Assembly: GCF_030684315.1 (NCBI RefSeq) | Contig: NC_081396.1 | Coordinates: 558,001 to 622,000, forward strand | Direction of reading: 5' to 3' | Length of the DNA: 64,000 bases | From: Stegostoma tigrinum | Lineage: Eukaryota | Shown: piece after piece, positions 37,135 to 49,480 of the stretch | How the letters are laid out: every line of letters starts with the position of its first letter | Numbering within the stretch: position 1 is the first letter of the stretch | Notes under the pieces: generated by a model | What the model saw: only the letters and a program-made list of their open reading frames with translations | What the model was told of the DNA's origin: nothing | Databases searched by the model: none | Program-made: the position numbers and the translations under genes

Positions 37135-37500
37135 GACCTGGAAGCCCTGACCTCTTGTAGTCATAAAGCCAGGAGGAAGCCTTACAATGGATCCTGCAGC
37201 ACTCATTCTCATGGTCTCCTTGACCTGTTGCCTGCTGCTCAAACTGAAACAGGTCATTGACCGCAGTGTTGTATCCAATCACCTCAATGTACCTGATGAA
37301 GAATCTGACCGCATTGTCATTAGGGATATGGGGTTGGAAAGATGAGTGATCACAGTACAGTTTTGCTGCAATGGCAGTGAATGTGGTGCTTCAGTGAAGA
37401 TTGACAGCGATGTCCCATTACCCTTGCCCTTGAAGGCCTTCAGAAATTCCAACCATGCTGAGATGTTTTTGAAACCAGTGTTCAAATTTCTGTGGTGGGA
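37135..37500 (+). pseudogene. Decayed coding-like segment, possibly a DEAD-box helicase remnant (copy 1)
   Basis: Across frameshifts: GLLDLL..KQVID.S.V..HL.VPDEESDRIVIRDMGLER*..EGLQK..AEMFLKPV..ISVVG, in the order of motifs Ib, II and the post-III region. Spacing is imperfect and the match is by eye. Confidence 0.33.
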
Positions 37501-39539
37501 AATTGTGATAGACAGAAGTTTTTTTTGCAGATTGAAGTCAATACCATGTGACTGAAGAGGGTTCAGTTCAATGGCATGACTTCTGTCTTCTTCACTGTTA
37601 GCACCACAGGAATGTGAACCTCCAGTTTGAGTTCTGGGTTATTTCTGGTCAGTCTGGATTGTCAAGCCTTTACTGTCTTGGCATTATGTGTATTCTGAAA
37701 GGAAACTGCACCAAGCAGAGCAGAACTCAAACATTTTTCCGGCATTGATTTGAAGCCTAGTGGGGGGTCCGCACAAAACAAAGTGAAAAAGGACTCCTTT
37801 CAGATCAGACAGTTATCACACTTGACCATTGCCAAATGGCCAAGTATCTGCTGTCCATTTAGTCAGGCTACACCTACAGTGTAGGTTGGAAGTTCCAGGT
37901 CCTTGATATTGTGACACTGATGGAGAGGCGATAGAATTCTAGAATGATGTGCTCATTGGAGGAGGATATGCAGGTGAGTGTTATCTATTAAGTAAATAGA
38001 ACTTGCTTCCATTTGTCTGGATGGTAGGTTTCACAAGTTTGGGAAGTGCTGGAGAAGCTGCTTTGACAAGCTGCTGCTGAGAATTTTACAAATGTCACAC
38101 ATTGCTGCCACTTCTGCCTTTGTTTAAGGATCTGGATGGGATGTCAATCAAATTTGTTATAAAGTCCTGGATTGTGTCAAGTGTCTTGTATTGATGAAGC
38201 TGTAATCAGCATGTAAGTGAAGGTAGAGAAAATATTCAATAAGGCTAATAGGACACTGGCCTTCATATCTAAAGGGCTGGAGTACAGCAATACAGGCACG
38301 ATGCTAAAGTTATACAAAACCCTAATTTGACCCCACTTCGAGTACTAATGAGCAGTTCAGGGCACCTCATTTGAGGAAGGATGTTTGGCCCTGGAGGGAG
38401 TTCAGCACAGGTTTACAAGATGATAACTGGACTCCAGGGGTTAAGTTATGAGAAGAGATTAGATAAATTATTTTTCCTTCTTTATTATTTAGAATTTAGA
38501 CAGTTAATGGATTATCTCATCTGAGGTCTTCAGGATATTAACATTAAAGCTTCAAACCAATTGCAACAAAAACACAATTCTGAATCATGAAAGCCATTCA
38601 GGCCACTGGACATCATGAAACTTAACAGATACTTGTAATACTTTGGCAGAAATAACTTAAATAGTGGTCTTTGCCCACTACTGCTTGACTTTAGCGCATC
38701 CCTCAGGATGTAGTCTTGGACTTAAAATGTGCCAGTCTGCAATATTCAGTTGATGTCAGCAGTTTGCACTGGAAGAAACTTTTAGGTGGGCCAAGGATGG
38801 TCTTTGAAGGTCTTGGTGTGCATCCCAGTGAACAGCTTGTAGAGCGCAGAACCCAGCATCATGGAGCTGCTTAGAACGAACCTCAACAAAAACTGAATCA
38901 ATCTCAAGACTTAATGCTCTGGGGACAGGGGCCACTGGTTGAATGAATTTAAATTCAATTGTAAAAATCTGGATTTGAAAGCTAGTCTCAGCCTTGAAGA
39001 CTGTGAAACATTTGATCATTGTCAAAAGCCACTTGGTTCACTTATGTTACTTAGAGAAGGAAATCTCTCCAAACATAGGGATGTTTTTGTTCTGCTGGAG
39101 TGTTACCTGATGCTTTAATGACACCTGAAATGATTGTGTTAGAGAAATTAGGCAAGAGGCAACATATGCTGGCCTTGCCAGCGATGCCCACATTCCAGCA
39201 AAAAATAAATAAAAACTAATGTTTTGTTTCTTTCCCATGTGTGCTAGACTGCAAGTCTTTAGGATAGGAAGTTTCATTGAGCTTGCTCCTGTTAGTTTAA
39301 TTGTTCATCATTCATAAAGACATGATGTGGCAGGATTGCAGACTTGATCTGATCTATTTGTTGTGAGATTGCTCAGTATATCCATCGATTACTGCTTCAG
39401 CAGTTTATCATGTACTTGGAGGGCAGTGGATCTGTGGAATTCTTGACCACAGAAGTCCAGGGTTATAGGAAAAGGCAGAAAAGTTGAGTTGAAGATTATC
39501 GGATCAAATATGATCTTCTTGAGTGGTGGATGGATGAAT

Positions 39540-41905
39540 GAGAGATAAGGTGCAGGGCTGGATGAACACAGCAGGTCAAGCAGCATCAGAGGAACAGGAA
39601 AGCTAATGTTTCGGGCCTAGGCCCTCCTTCAGAAATGGAGGAGAGGAAAGGGGCTCTGAAATAAATACAAGATGGATAGAGGAGAAGATAGGTGGAGAGG
39701 AGACAGGTCAAAAGCGGGGATGAAGCCAGTAAAGGTGAGTATAGGTGGGGAGTTAGTGTGGGGATAGGCCAATCGAGGGAGGACAGACAGGTTAAAGGTG
39801 AGATGAGGCTAGTAGGTAGGAAGTGGGGGTGCGACTTGAGGGGGATAGGTAGGAGGAAGGACAGGTTAGGGTGGCAGGGACAAGCTGGGCTGGTTTTGGG
39901 ATGCGGTAAGGGGGAGAGAGTTTGAAGCTTGTGAAGGCCATATTGATACCATTGGGCTGCAGGGTTCCCAAGCAAAATGAGGTGCTGTTCCTGCAACCTT
40001 TGGGTGGCATCATTGTGGCACTGCAGGATGGACCTGTCATCTGAGGAATGGGGAGGGAGTTGAAATGGTTCGCGACTGGGAGGTGGAGTTGTTTAGTGCG
40101 ACCTGAGTGTAGGTGTTCCGCAAAGTGGTCCCCAAGCCTCCACTTGCTTTCCCCAATATAGAGGAGGCCACAAAGGGAACAGTGGATACAGTATACCACA
40201 TTAGCAGATGTGCTGGTGAACATCTGCTTGATGTGGAAAGTCTTCTTGGGGCCTGGGATGGGGATGAAGGGGGAGGTGTAGGGGCATGTGTAGCACTTTC
40301 TGCAGTTGAAGGGAAAAGTGCCGGGTATGGTGGGGCTGGAGGGGACTGTGGAGAGAGTGGTCCCTGCAGAAGCAGATGAGGGTGGGGAGGGAGAAATGTC
40401 TGTGGTGGGGTCGGATTGCAGATGGCTGAAGTGTCGGAGGATGATGCATTGGATCTGGAGGTTGGTGGAGCTTGAGGACGAGGGAGATTCTGTTTTGGTT
40501 GTTATTGTGAGGAGGGAGGGGGTGTGACAGATGAATTGTGGGAGACACAATTGAGGGCATCCTCAACCACAGAGAGGGGAGTTGCAGTCCTTGAAAAACG
40601 AGGACATCTGAGATGGGAGTGCAGTGCCTCATCCCGGGAGCAGATGTGGTGGAGGAAAGGGAATTGGGAATAGGGGATGGCATTTTTTGCAGGAAGATGG
40701 GTGGGAGGAGGTGTATTCTAGGTAGCTGTGGGAGTCGGTGGGCTTGAAATGGATATCGGTTTCCAGATGATTACCAGAGATGGAAACAGAGATCCAGGAA
40801 GGAGAGAGAGGTATCTGAGATGGTCCAGGTGAACTTAAATTTTGGGTGGAAGGTGTTGGTGAAATGGATGAACTGCTCAAGTGCCTCATGGGAGCACGAG
40901 GTGGTGCCGATACTGTCATCAATGTAAAGGTGGAAGAGGTGGGGTTTAGAGCCAATGTAGCTACAGAATAGGGATTGTTCCACGTAACCTACAAGGAGGC
41001 AGGCATAGCTTGGACCCATGCGGGTACCCATGGCCACCCCATTTGGCTATAGGAAGTGGGAGGAATTGAAAGAGAAATTGTTGAGGCTGAGGACGAGTTC
41101 GGCTAGGCAGATGAGGGCGTCAGTGGGGGGGAACTGGGCAGGACTGGGATAGGAAGAAGCGGAGGGCCTTTAGGCCATCTGCATGGGCAATGCAGGTGTG
41201 TAGGGACTGGACATCCATGGTAAAGATAAGGTGTTGGGGACCAGGGAATTGGAAGTTTTGGAGGAGGTGGAGGGTATGTCACGGATGTAGTAGGGAGTCC
41301 CTGAACTAAGGGGGAAAAAATGGAATCGAGATAGGTGGACATAAGTTCAGGGACAGGAGCAGGTGGAGACAATGGATCAACCAGGGCAGTCGGGTTTGTG
41401 AATTTTGGGAAGGAGACAGAAGCAAACGGTACGGGGTTAGATTAGATTAGGTTCCCTACAGTGTGGAAACAGGCCCTTCTGCCCAACAAGTCCACACTGC
41501 CCCGAACAGCATCCCACCCAGACCCATCCCCCTATAACCCACACACCCCTGAACACTACGGGCAATTTAGCATGGCCAATCCACCTAGCCTGCACATCTT
41601 TGGACTGTGGGAGGAAACCGGAGGAAACCCATGCAGACACAGGGCGAATGTGCAAATTCCACACAGACAGTCACTGAGGCTGGAATTGAACCTGGGTCCT
41701 TGGTGCTGTGAGGCAGCAGTGCTAACCACTGAGCCACCCTGCCGCCCACTATGGTGAACGACGAGGTTGGAGACTGGGTGGGAGGTCACCTGAGGTGATG
41801 AAGTTGTGGATGGTTTGGGAGATGATGATTGGTGGTCAGGGGTGGGTTCATGATCAAGGGGGAGGTAGGAGGAGGTGTCAGAGATTTGGCACCTGGCCTC
41901 TGCAA
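39540..41905 (-). mobile_element. Penelope-like retroelement, large decayed fragment (RT + GIY-YIG endonuclease + terminal repeat)
   Basis: AMGTRMGPSYACL, LYIDD, FTWTISDTSLSFLD, KPTDSHSYLEYTSSHP, NVVYCIHC..CGLLYIGE; frameshifted and interrupted by a SINE. Confidence 0.94.
41438..41748 (-). mobile_element. HE1-type SINE inserted in the Penelope element
   Basis: Minus-strand gggcggcagggtggctcagtggttagcactgctgcctcacagcacc head, V-domain and (TTAGA)n tail. Confidence 0.92.
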
Positions 41906-43429
41906 TTATTCAGGCTCCAACAGAAGGAGATAAATAAAGGTGTGAGTGATACAGAGAATCTCCAACTGAGGGAGCTAGATGAATGTTTGAGTTTGGTCAT
42001 TCTCAGGGCCTCGAAGAAAAGGACAGTGAATGAAGTGGTTAAGTGCAAGTTTGAGCAGGGTGCTTCACCAACTCAGATCACTGACCAGAGCACACTGATT
42101 TCCAGTGGTTGGAGGGAAATAAGAAGTGACGTGAGGGAAACATTTTTTCAAGAAATGTGTTCTTACAATCTTGACTGCACTGCCTGAGAATGTGGTGGTG
42201 ATACATTCAATTGTGGCTTTCAGGAATAGGATAATTATTTAAAGAGAAATGATTTGCAGGCATGGACTGCCTTTGAAACCATATTTACCTTGCACTTCCA
42301 AGTCATTCCAGTCTCATTCTTAAAAGTGGATTCTAAGATCTTAACAATGACAGAGGCCAGGCTAACTGGCTTATAATTTTCTGTCTTCTGTTTCTCTCCC
42401 TTCCTAAGTAGGAGTGTTACACAAGCCACTTTCCACTCCTCTGGAACCCTTCCTGACTCCAGTGATTCCTGAAAGATCAACAACAATGCCTACCCAATCT
42501 CCTCAGCTATCTCGTTCTGAACACTGGGATGTAGCCTATCCTGTCCAGGTCAATCTCAGGATATTCAACGAGAAGAATTCCAGTAATTGTAATGCCACTG
42601 TCCATCAAGGAGCGAAAGTTAGTTTCTCTTTTGTTTAAGATGGATAATGCCTGACACTTGTGTTATGTAAACATTACTAATAACTTATCAACCCAAGCCT
42701 GGATTTTGTCCAGTTCTTCTGCAAATGAACACAGGCTACTTCAGTATGTGAGGTGCTGTGAACGCTGCTGAACATCTTGCAATCGGTAGAGAATATACCG
42801 ACCTCTGGCCTTCTGATGGAGGAAAGTTCCACAGTGAAACAGCTGAAGATTGCAGGCCCTGGATACTAGTGACCCTACCACTGGGCCAAGAGACCTGAGT
42901 TCAAGTTTCATCCCTATTCCAGGTGTGTGTAGTAACATTTCCAAACAGGTTGATGATGAATTATCTACCTGAGAAGTTCTTATCATTTCCTCAGAATGTG
43001 GAGGCTGACTTCCAACAATTGTATCCATCTTCCTTTGTGCTAGTGATGCCTCCAACCAGTGGGAGAGAATGCTTGCCTTGGTTCCCTTTGACTACAGGCT
43101 TGTAAGCACTCCTTGACATCACACCTGTTAAAATGAAGTGTTGATGGCAATGGCAGCCGACTCAGTTTCACCGCTTGTTTTCAACTCATTTGTGCATGTT
43201 AGAACCAAGACTACAATGAGTTTGGAGTTGAGTGGATCAGTTGGAAGACAAGCTGAGCAGGGTTGAGAATGTTATTGTTGAATAAGTTTCACTTGGTTGT
43301 ACTATTGGCCACATTTTCTGTTACTTGACAATTGAGAGTATATTGATGGGGCATTACTTGTGCGAGATGGATTTGTTCTGCTTTCTGTGATCAGGGTATA
43401 CCCATGCAATTTTTATTTTATTTCAAATG

Positions 43430-46000
43430 TATACTTTATACTTTATTTATTAAAAAAAAATTTATATATTTAGATAATAACAAATGAACCTTGACAAACT
43501 TTTGCATCTTCTCCTAACCTCCTTTGCAAAGTCATGTTCCAGCAGGAGATGTAAGACAGTCTCAACCACACCCTCACCCTTATCTATAAGCAGAAGAAGG
43601 AGATAGAGGAAATCAGAAATTGGCGACGAGTCTCATGGCTAATTGCAGACTATAAAGTCCTCTTGGTGACTACATTGGCACACTTACAGGGAATGAGACA
43701 GACTTCTACCATGTACAACAACTGAGTGAGTGCTTCATATCTGATGATCAGGTTTTTACCTGCACTGGAGAGGGTGCAGTCCTCCCAAAAGACCATTTCT
43801 GCTTCACCTTCCACACTAACCCAGATATTTCACACACCCTGGCCTTTCGGAATCATACTCCCAGCACCTTGAGGTAATCTGCCATGATGGTGATGGGGAT
43901 ACATGATCGGTCGGTCCAGTTTCGAAAGAACATGGCTTCTCTGTGACCTTGATTTACCTCCATGTTCAGGGAGGATTTGACCCACAGGCATCCGCTGCCT
44001 GAAACAGTCACCCCTTCAGGCTTGCATCGTCCCTGATGTACAGAGCAAATGGCTTTACAAAATGCACAAACAAGGCAGGAGAGAGTGGACAGCCCTGCCC
44101 GACTCCAGATCTGATCAAGAAGCGTTCTTATTCACACCCACTGACTGAGACTGCACCATCAAGATGTGGAGCAGTCAGACCCAATTGCAGATTCCCTTCC
44201 CAAAGCCCATTTTGGACAACATGACCCACATGTACTTGTGTGATTTCTTGTCAAAGGCCGCCTTCTAGTCCAGGCTGATGAGGCAGGCATCTGCCCTATC
44301 TCGTGCTTGAAGGTGATTGTATATCTGAAGAGTGTGAGGCTGTCAGAGGTGTAATAACATCCCCTGGTCCTGTCCAGTACAACACAGGTTTAGTCAGGGT
44401 GAATCACCGATCCCAGAGCAGACCTGACCCCCATGGCGATGACCTTAGATAGGACTTTATTGTCTGCATTCAGCAGTGAGACAAATTGCCAATTTTAATT
44501 TCCTCCCTCTTCCCCCTTCTGCTTATAGATGAGTGTGATGATACATTTTCTCATGGACTCAGATGCGCTGTCCACCAGAAGCGTACTGTCATACCCCCTT
44601 CATCAGGTCCTGGCCAATTAGGCCTCACAGAGCCGAATACAACTTGGTTGGTAAGCTGACATTTTCAAAGAACTCCAGGGCCTTGGTCAGGTAATCCAGA
44701 GAAAGCAGCTGGTCTGGCCTTTCTTCTGTGCTGATGACTAAGCCCTCCATGATAGAGGAAGGAATGATTGGGAGGTTGTACTGTCTGTAGCCTTTGTGCC
44801 ATACAGTTTGCCATAAGAGAACTTGCTGATCCTCAGTATGTCAGACTGAGATGACCGTACAGAACCATCTTTGTCCTTCAGGCTGCTGAGGACAAAGCTC
44901 TGCTTGTGCACTTTCTGGAAGAAGAAACTTGAGCAACATCTCATCCTGCTCCATGTTGCAGTCCCTAGAAAACTATGAAGCCCCTTTTCTCATCTCCAGT
45001 GGTCTGATGGGAACTAGTCATGGGAATCGAGAGGTTCTCTATCCTTAAAGGTATTCAGAAGGTGGAGATAGGTGGGAAAACTGTACAAACTTCAGAAAAC
45101 ATACAGAATCCCTGGAGCGGAAGATTATCTTGGAGGCCTCCAAGGCAAAGAGCGAGGCTTGCAGTCTCTTCACTTTGTGGAGATCCTCTGACATCAACCC
45201 CCTTCATCTGCAGCTGAAGTTGGTTCTTCATGACTTTGAAATTTGGACAGTTTTCCCCATCTACCCCTCACCTTCTGAACACCTTTAAGGATAAAGAGCT
45301 TCCTGAATGTTCCCATCACCCCACTGGAGACTATAAGAGGCTTCATAGTTTTCCAACCTGTAAAAGCCCTCTTGAGCTCTTCAGGGTTTTCTGGGGTCAA
45401 CAGTTTCACGCTCAGCTCTCATGTCTCCTTACTTGCCGGCTGGTTGCCCTGTGGGTGACAGTCATCCAGCAGGGGGTAGTGGTCAGAGAGGAGCACTGGC
45501 TCGACATTCGTAGATCTGACAGACAAGGCAGAAACAGTAAATCTATCCTTGAGCGGATAGAGCCGTCTTGCTGTGACCAGGTGTATCTGCGCTTTGCTCT
45601 GTCTGTGGGGGTATTGAAGATGTTGTGCAGCTTGGTGACTTTTTTTAACTGTTTCCATCAGGAATCCAGATATGGAGTCCAGTTTGCTGTCAGCCCCTCC
45701 AGATTGTCTATCTGCATCGATGATGTAGTTGAAGTCTGCGGCCTGAATGATCAGCCCGGATGTTGCCAGCAGCAATGGGAGCAGCGACACCACAGCCAAC
45801 CACTCACTCTTTAGCACTGGGGCCTACGTGTCAATTAGCCTCCAGGGAGGATTTCTGTGCATGATGTCTGGTCTCAGGAGACAGCCACCCACCACCTCCT
45901 TAACTTTGGAGATGGTAGAGTTGCTTCCTCACAGCAGAGTATCCAGGCCTATTGTTTTCCCCCTGAGCAAATCGAAGGTCCATGATTTCATAAGGTTGGC
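43430..46000 (-). mobile_element. Decayed L1-Tx1-type LINE fragments
   Basis: EN remnant AADFNYIID..LSDHYPL and linker CSSFFFQKVH..SLKDKDGSVRSSQSDILRISK; A/T-rich tail near 43430-43470. Confidence 0.75.
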
Positions 46001-46282
46001 TGTTTCCTGCATCTGCTGGGATTTGGTATCCCAGACTCCTACAGAAACAGGAGGTCTGCTTTGATGTTGAACAGGTAAGCCAATGTAGAAACAAATTGCA
46101 TGGTGGATTTAAAACAATAGATGTTAATATTGGCAATTTTAAAACCCATTTTAACAGTTTATAGAAATACCTAATGTCCTCTTCCTGTGGTGTGAGTGAA
46201 CTGTTGGACGCTCTCTACACTGAGGTAGCTGTTCTGTTCCTCCCTTGGATTGTTGCCCTGAACCAGTGTTTTTGGAGTACTT

Positions 46283-47124
46283 CCTTGCTATACTTGCCCC
46301 CACACCTCCTCCCTCACCCCCATCCCAGGCCCCAAGATGACCTTCCATATCAAGCAGATGTTCACCTGCACATCTGCCAATGTGGTATATTGTATCCATT
46401 GCACCCGGTGTGGCTTCCTCTACATTGGGGAAACCAAGCAGAGGCTTGGGGACCGCTTTGCAGAACACCTCTGCTCGGTTTGCAATAAACAACTGCACCC
46501 CCCAGTTGCGAACCATTTCAACTCCCCCTCCCATTCCTCAGACGACATGTCCATCATGGGCCTCCTGCAGTGCCACAATGATGCCACCCGAAGGTTGCAG
46601 GAACAGCAACTCATATTCCGCTTGGGAACCCTACAGCCTAATGATATCAATGTGGACTTCATAAGCTTCAAAATCTCCCCTTCCCCCACTGCATCCCAAA
46701 ACCAGCCCAGTTCGTCCCCTCCTCCCACTGCATCCCAAAAACAGCCCAGCCTGTCTCCGCTTCCCTAACCTGTTCTTCCCCTCACCCATCCCTTCCTCCC
46801 ACCCCAAGCCGCACCTCCATTTCCTACCTACCACCTCATCCCGCCTCTTTGACCTGTCTGTCTTCCCTGGACTGACCTATCCCCTCCTACATCCCCACCT
46901 GTACTCTCCTGTCTACCCATATTCTTTTCTCTCCATCTTCAGTCCGCCTCCCCCTCTCTCCCTATTTATTCCAGAACCCTCGCCCCATCCCCCTCTCTGA
47001 TGAAGGGCCTAGGCCTGAAACGTCAGCTTCTGTGCCCCTAAGATGCGGCTTGGCCTGCTGTGTTCATCCAGCTCCACACTTTGTTATCTCGGATTCTCCA
47101 GCATCTGCAGTTCCCATTATCTCT
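46283..47124 (+). mobile_element. Penelope-like 3' fragment with open GIY-YIG domain, 3' UTR and full terminal repeat
   Basis: ORF 46337-46768: FTCTSANVVYCIHCTRCGFLYIGETKQRLGDRFAEHL..VANHFNS..EQQLIFRLGTLQP; ends gcagttcccattatctc. Confidence 0.94.
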
Positions 47125-47785
47125 TAAACAAACTGGGCTTGGATTCTTGAATGTTAAAGGTGCCCACTGGGTGGCAGTATAACAATACCTGTGCGGGCTG
47201 GTGATCAACGGACAGCGCAGGAGGAGACTAGTGGGTTAGAATGGCCTGTGCAAGGAAATTAGAGCTCTGACTGAGGTGAAACCAGTGTCTTCACGACCCT
47301 GGTGTAATCCTTGGTCCTGAGGTGAACGACCAAACACAAACTGAACTATCACAAAGAACCAACAGACAGACACATGTGTTTTAATCAGCCATGTGTAAAG
47401 TATTTCAAGTTTAGATCTTTAAATTGGTCTAATTAAGGTAGTTACGGCATTTGCTGAAGTACTTCATTACTGATTGTTAGCTGAACTTGAAGGTCTCAGA
47501 TGAAGGTAAATGATTGACCTGGTTAGGAATGTGGCTGATCAGTACATGTCAGAGTAGGAACAATGGCAAATATTTTTATTAAGAGACTGTGATGAATGCT
47601 GTCCATAAGCTGCCCATAGTCTGAGTGACAGACTGACACTCCGTCTACTCTCTTAAACTAAAGGTAAATGGAAATGAAAACTCCCTTGATACTTAACCTT
47701 TCAAATACTCCAAAGACAGGCACAGCAAAGGGTTAGATACATCCCTTCATACTCTAACCATTAAACACTCGCAGTACTGCTACAA

Positions 47786-48026
47786 GATAATAAAATGTGA
47801 GGCTGGATGAACACAGCAGGCCAAGCAGCATCTCAGGAGCACAAAAGCTGACGTTTCGGGCCTAGACCCTTCATCAGAGAGGGGGATGGGGAGAGGGAAC
47901 TGGAATAAATAGGGAGAGAGGGGGAGGCGGACCAAAGATGGAGAGTAAAGAAGATAGGTGGAGAGAGTACAAGAGAGTTGCAATGGAAGAGAGATTCCCT
48001 GAGGTTGGTCCGGAGGGAGGAGGGTA
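47786..48026 (-). mobile_element. Short Penelope-derived insertion
   Basis: 10-bp TSD ACTGCTACAA (47776-47785, 48027-48036); empty site in copy 1 at ~30950. Confidence 0.9.
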
Positions 48027-49296
48027 ACTGCTACAACACAGGGATACATACAGATTAAAGCATCCTCTACACTGTCGATATCAAACACTCTCAAGATAGG
48101 TACAACATGGGATTATGTACAGACAGTTGGCTCAGTCTCCTAGACAGCTCATCTATGATTGAGCGTGACGCAAAGTGAGAGTTCAAACTCCCACCAACTT
48201 AGTGAGGCCTCTTCTGGAATATTGTGTCCAGTTCTGGTTGCCCAGTTATAGGAAAGATATTATCAAGATGGAGAGGATTCAGAAGAGATTTTACAGGACG
48301 TTGCTGGGTATTGAAGATGAGAGTTATAAGGACAGGCTAAGACCTCTTTCACTGGAGCATGAGAAGTTGAGAAAAGATCTGACAGAAATTAATAAAATAA
48401 TGAGAGGTATAGATAGAGTTCCTGGTAGTTGTCTTTTCCCTCGGATGGGGGAATTTCAAGACAAGAGGGTACATTTTTAAGGTGAGAAGAGAGAGAGTTT
48501 AAACAGAGAACATCCAAACTGTTGATATGGAGGGTGGTTCGTGTGTTGAATGAGCTTCCTGAGAAAGTGGTGGATGCAGGTACATCATTTAAAAGACATT
48601 TGGACAGATTCATGAATAGGAAAGGTTGGTGGGATGTGGGCCAGGAGCAGGCAGATGGGAGTAATTTAGTTTGGGATTATGGTCAGCATGGACCGATTGG
48701 GCAGAAGGATCTGTTTCCGTGCTGTATGACTCTAACTGAGCTCACTGTGATGGTTCCACCTTCACTACCTTGCTCCTTGCCTTGTGCGGTGACCCTCATG
48801 TTATACAACCAGCAGCTGTCTCTCTCTAATGAAGGTGTGGTTCTCCTGAGCTTTACTTCTCTGAGATTCAGAGTAAATCTCCGTTAGCACTGTGACAATT
48901 AAATATTTCCAGGGCAGGTACTGCATGGCTAAGAGATGGGACAAAGCTGTCTTCACACTGTCCCCATCAAACACTTCCATGACAGCTGGACTCAATGCAT
49001 GATTTTGTCATGTCTGTTTCTCTGTCTAGAGATGCTACCTGAAGGTAAGGTGATCTGACAAGGTTCTCTACAACTTTGTTCTTGCTACCAGGATACTGTT
49101 AATTACAGAATTAAACTCCCTGTACACTGTTCCCATTAAATACTCCCTTGACAGGTACAGCATGATGTCAGATACAGCAAGTAGCCACATCTACACTGTC
49201 CCCATGAAATACTCCCAAGATACGGACAGGATGGGGTTAGATAATGTGTAAAGTTTTCTCTTTAGTCTCCCCATCCAAACCTCTCAGGGTAGTTAT

Positions 49297-49480
49297 AGAG
49301 ATAACCAGGTGTAGAGCTGGATAAAAACAACAGGCCAAGCAGCATCAGAGGAGCAGTAAGGCTGATGCTTCGGGCCTAGACCCTTCTTCATAAATGGGGG
49401 AGGGGAAGAAAGTTCTGAAATAGATAGGGAGAGGGGGGTGGCAGATGGAAGATGGATGAAGGAGAAGATAGGTGAATGGG
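49297..49480 (-). mobile_element. Short Penelope terminal-repeat fragment
   Basis: Diverged terminal repeat plus purine-rich 3' UTR; absent at the paralogous site ~32220. Confidence 0.8.

Larger units (their letters stand above)
30800..38220 (+). repeat. Segmental duplication, copy 1
   Basis: Collinear with 47640-59230, sharing the same order of old repeat fragments, CpG island and downstream unique sequence. Anchors include tctactctcttaaact (30807/47645) and ggaatgtgaacct (37609/58561). Confidence 0.93.

Noticed and set aside
46337-46768. Stand-alone or domesticated GIY-YIG nuclease gene
   Set aside because: It is the 5'-truncated end of a Penelope ORF, contiguous with the element 3' UTR and terminal repeat, with no promoter or splice context.
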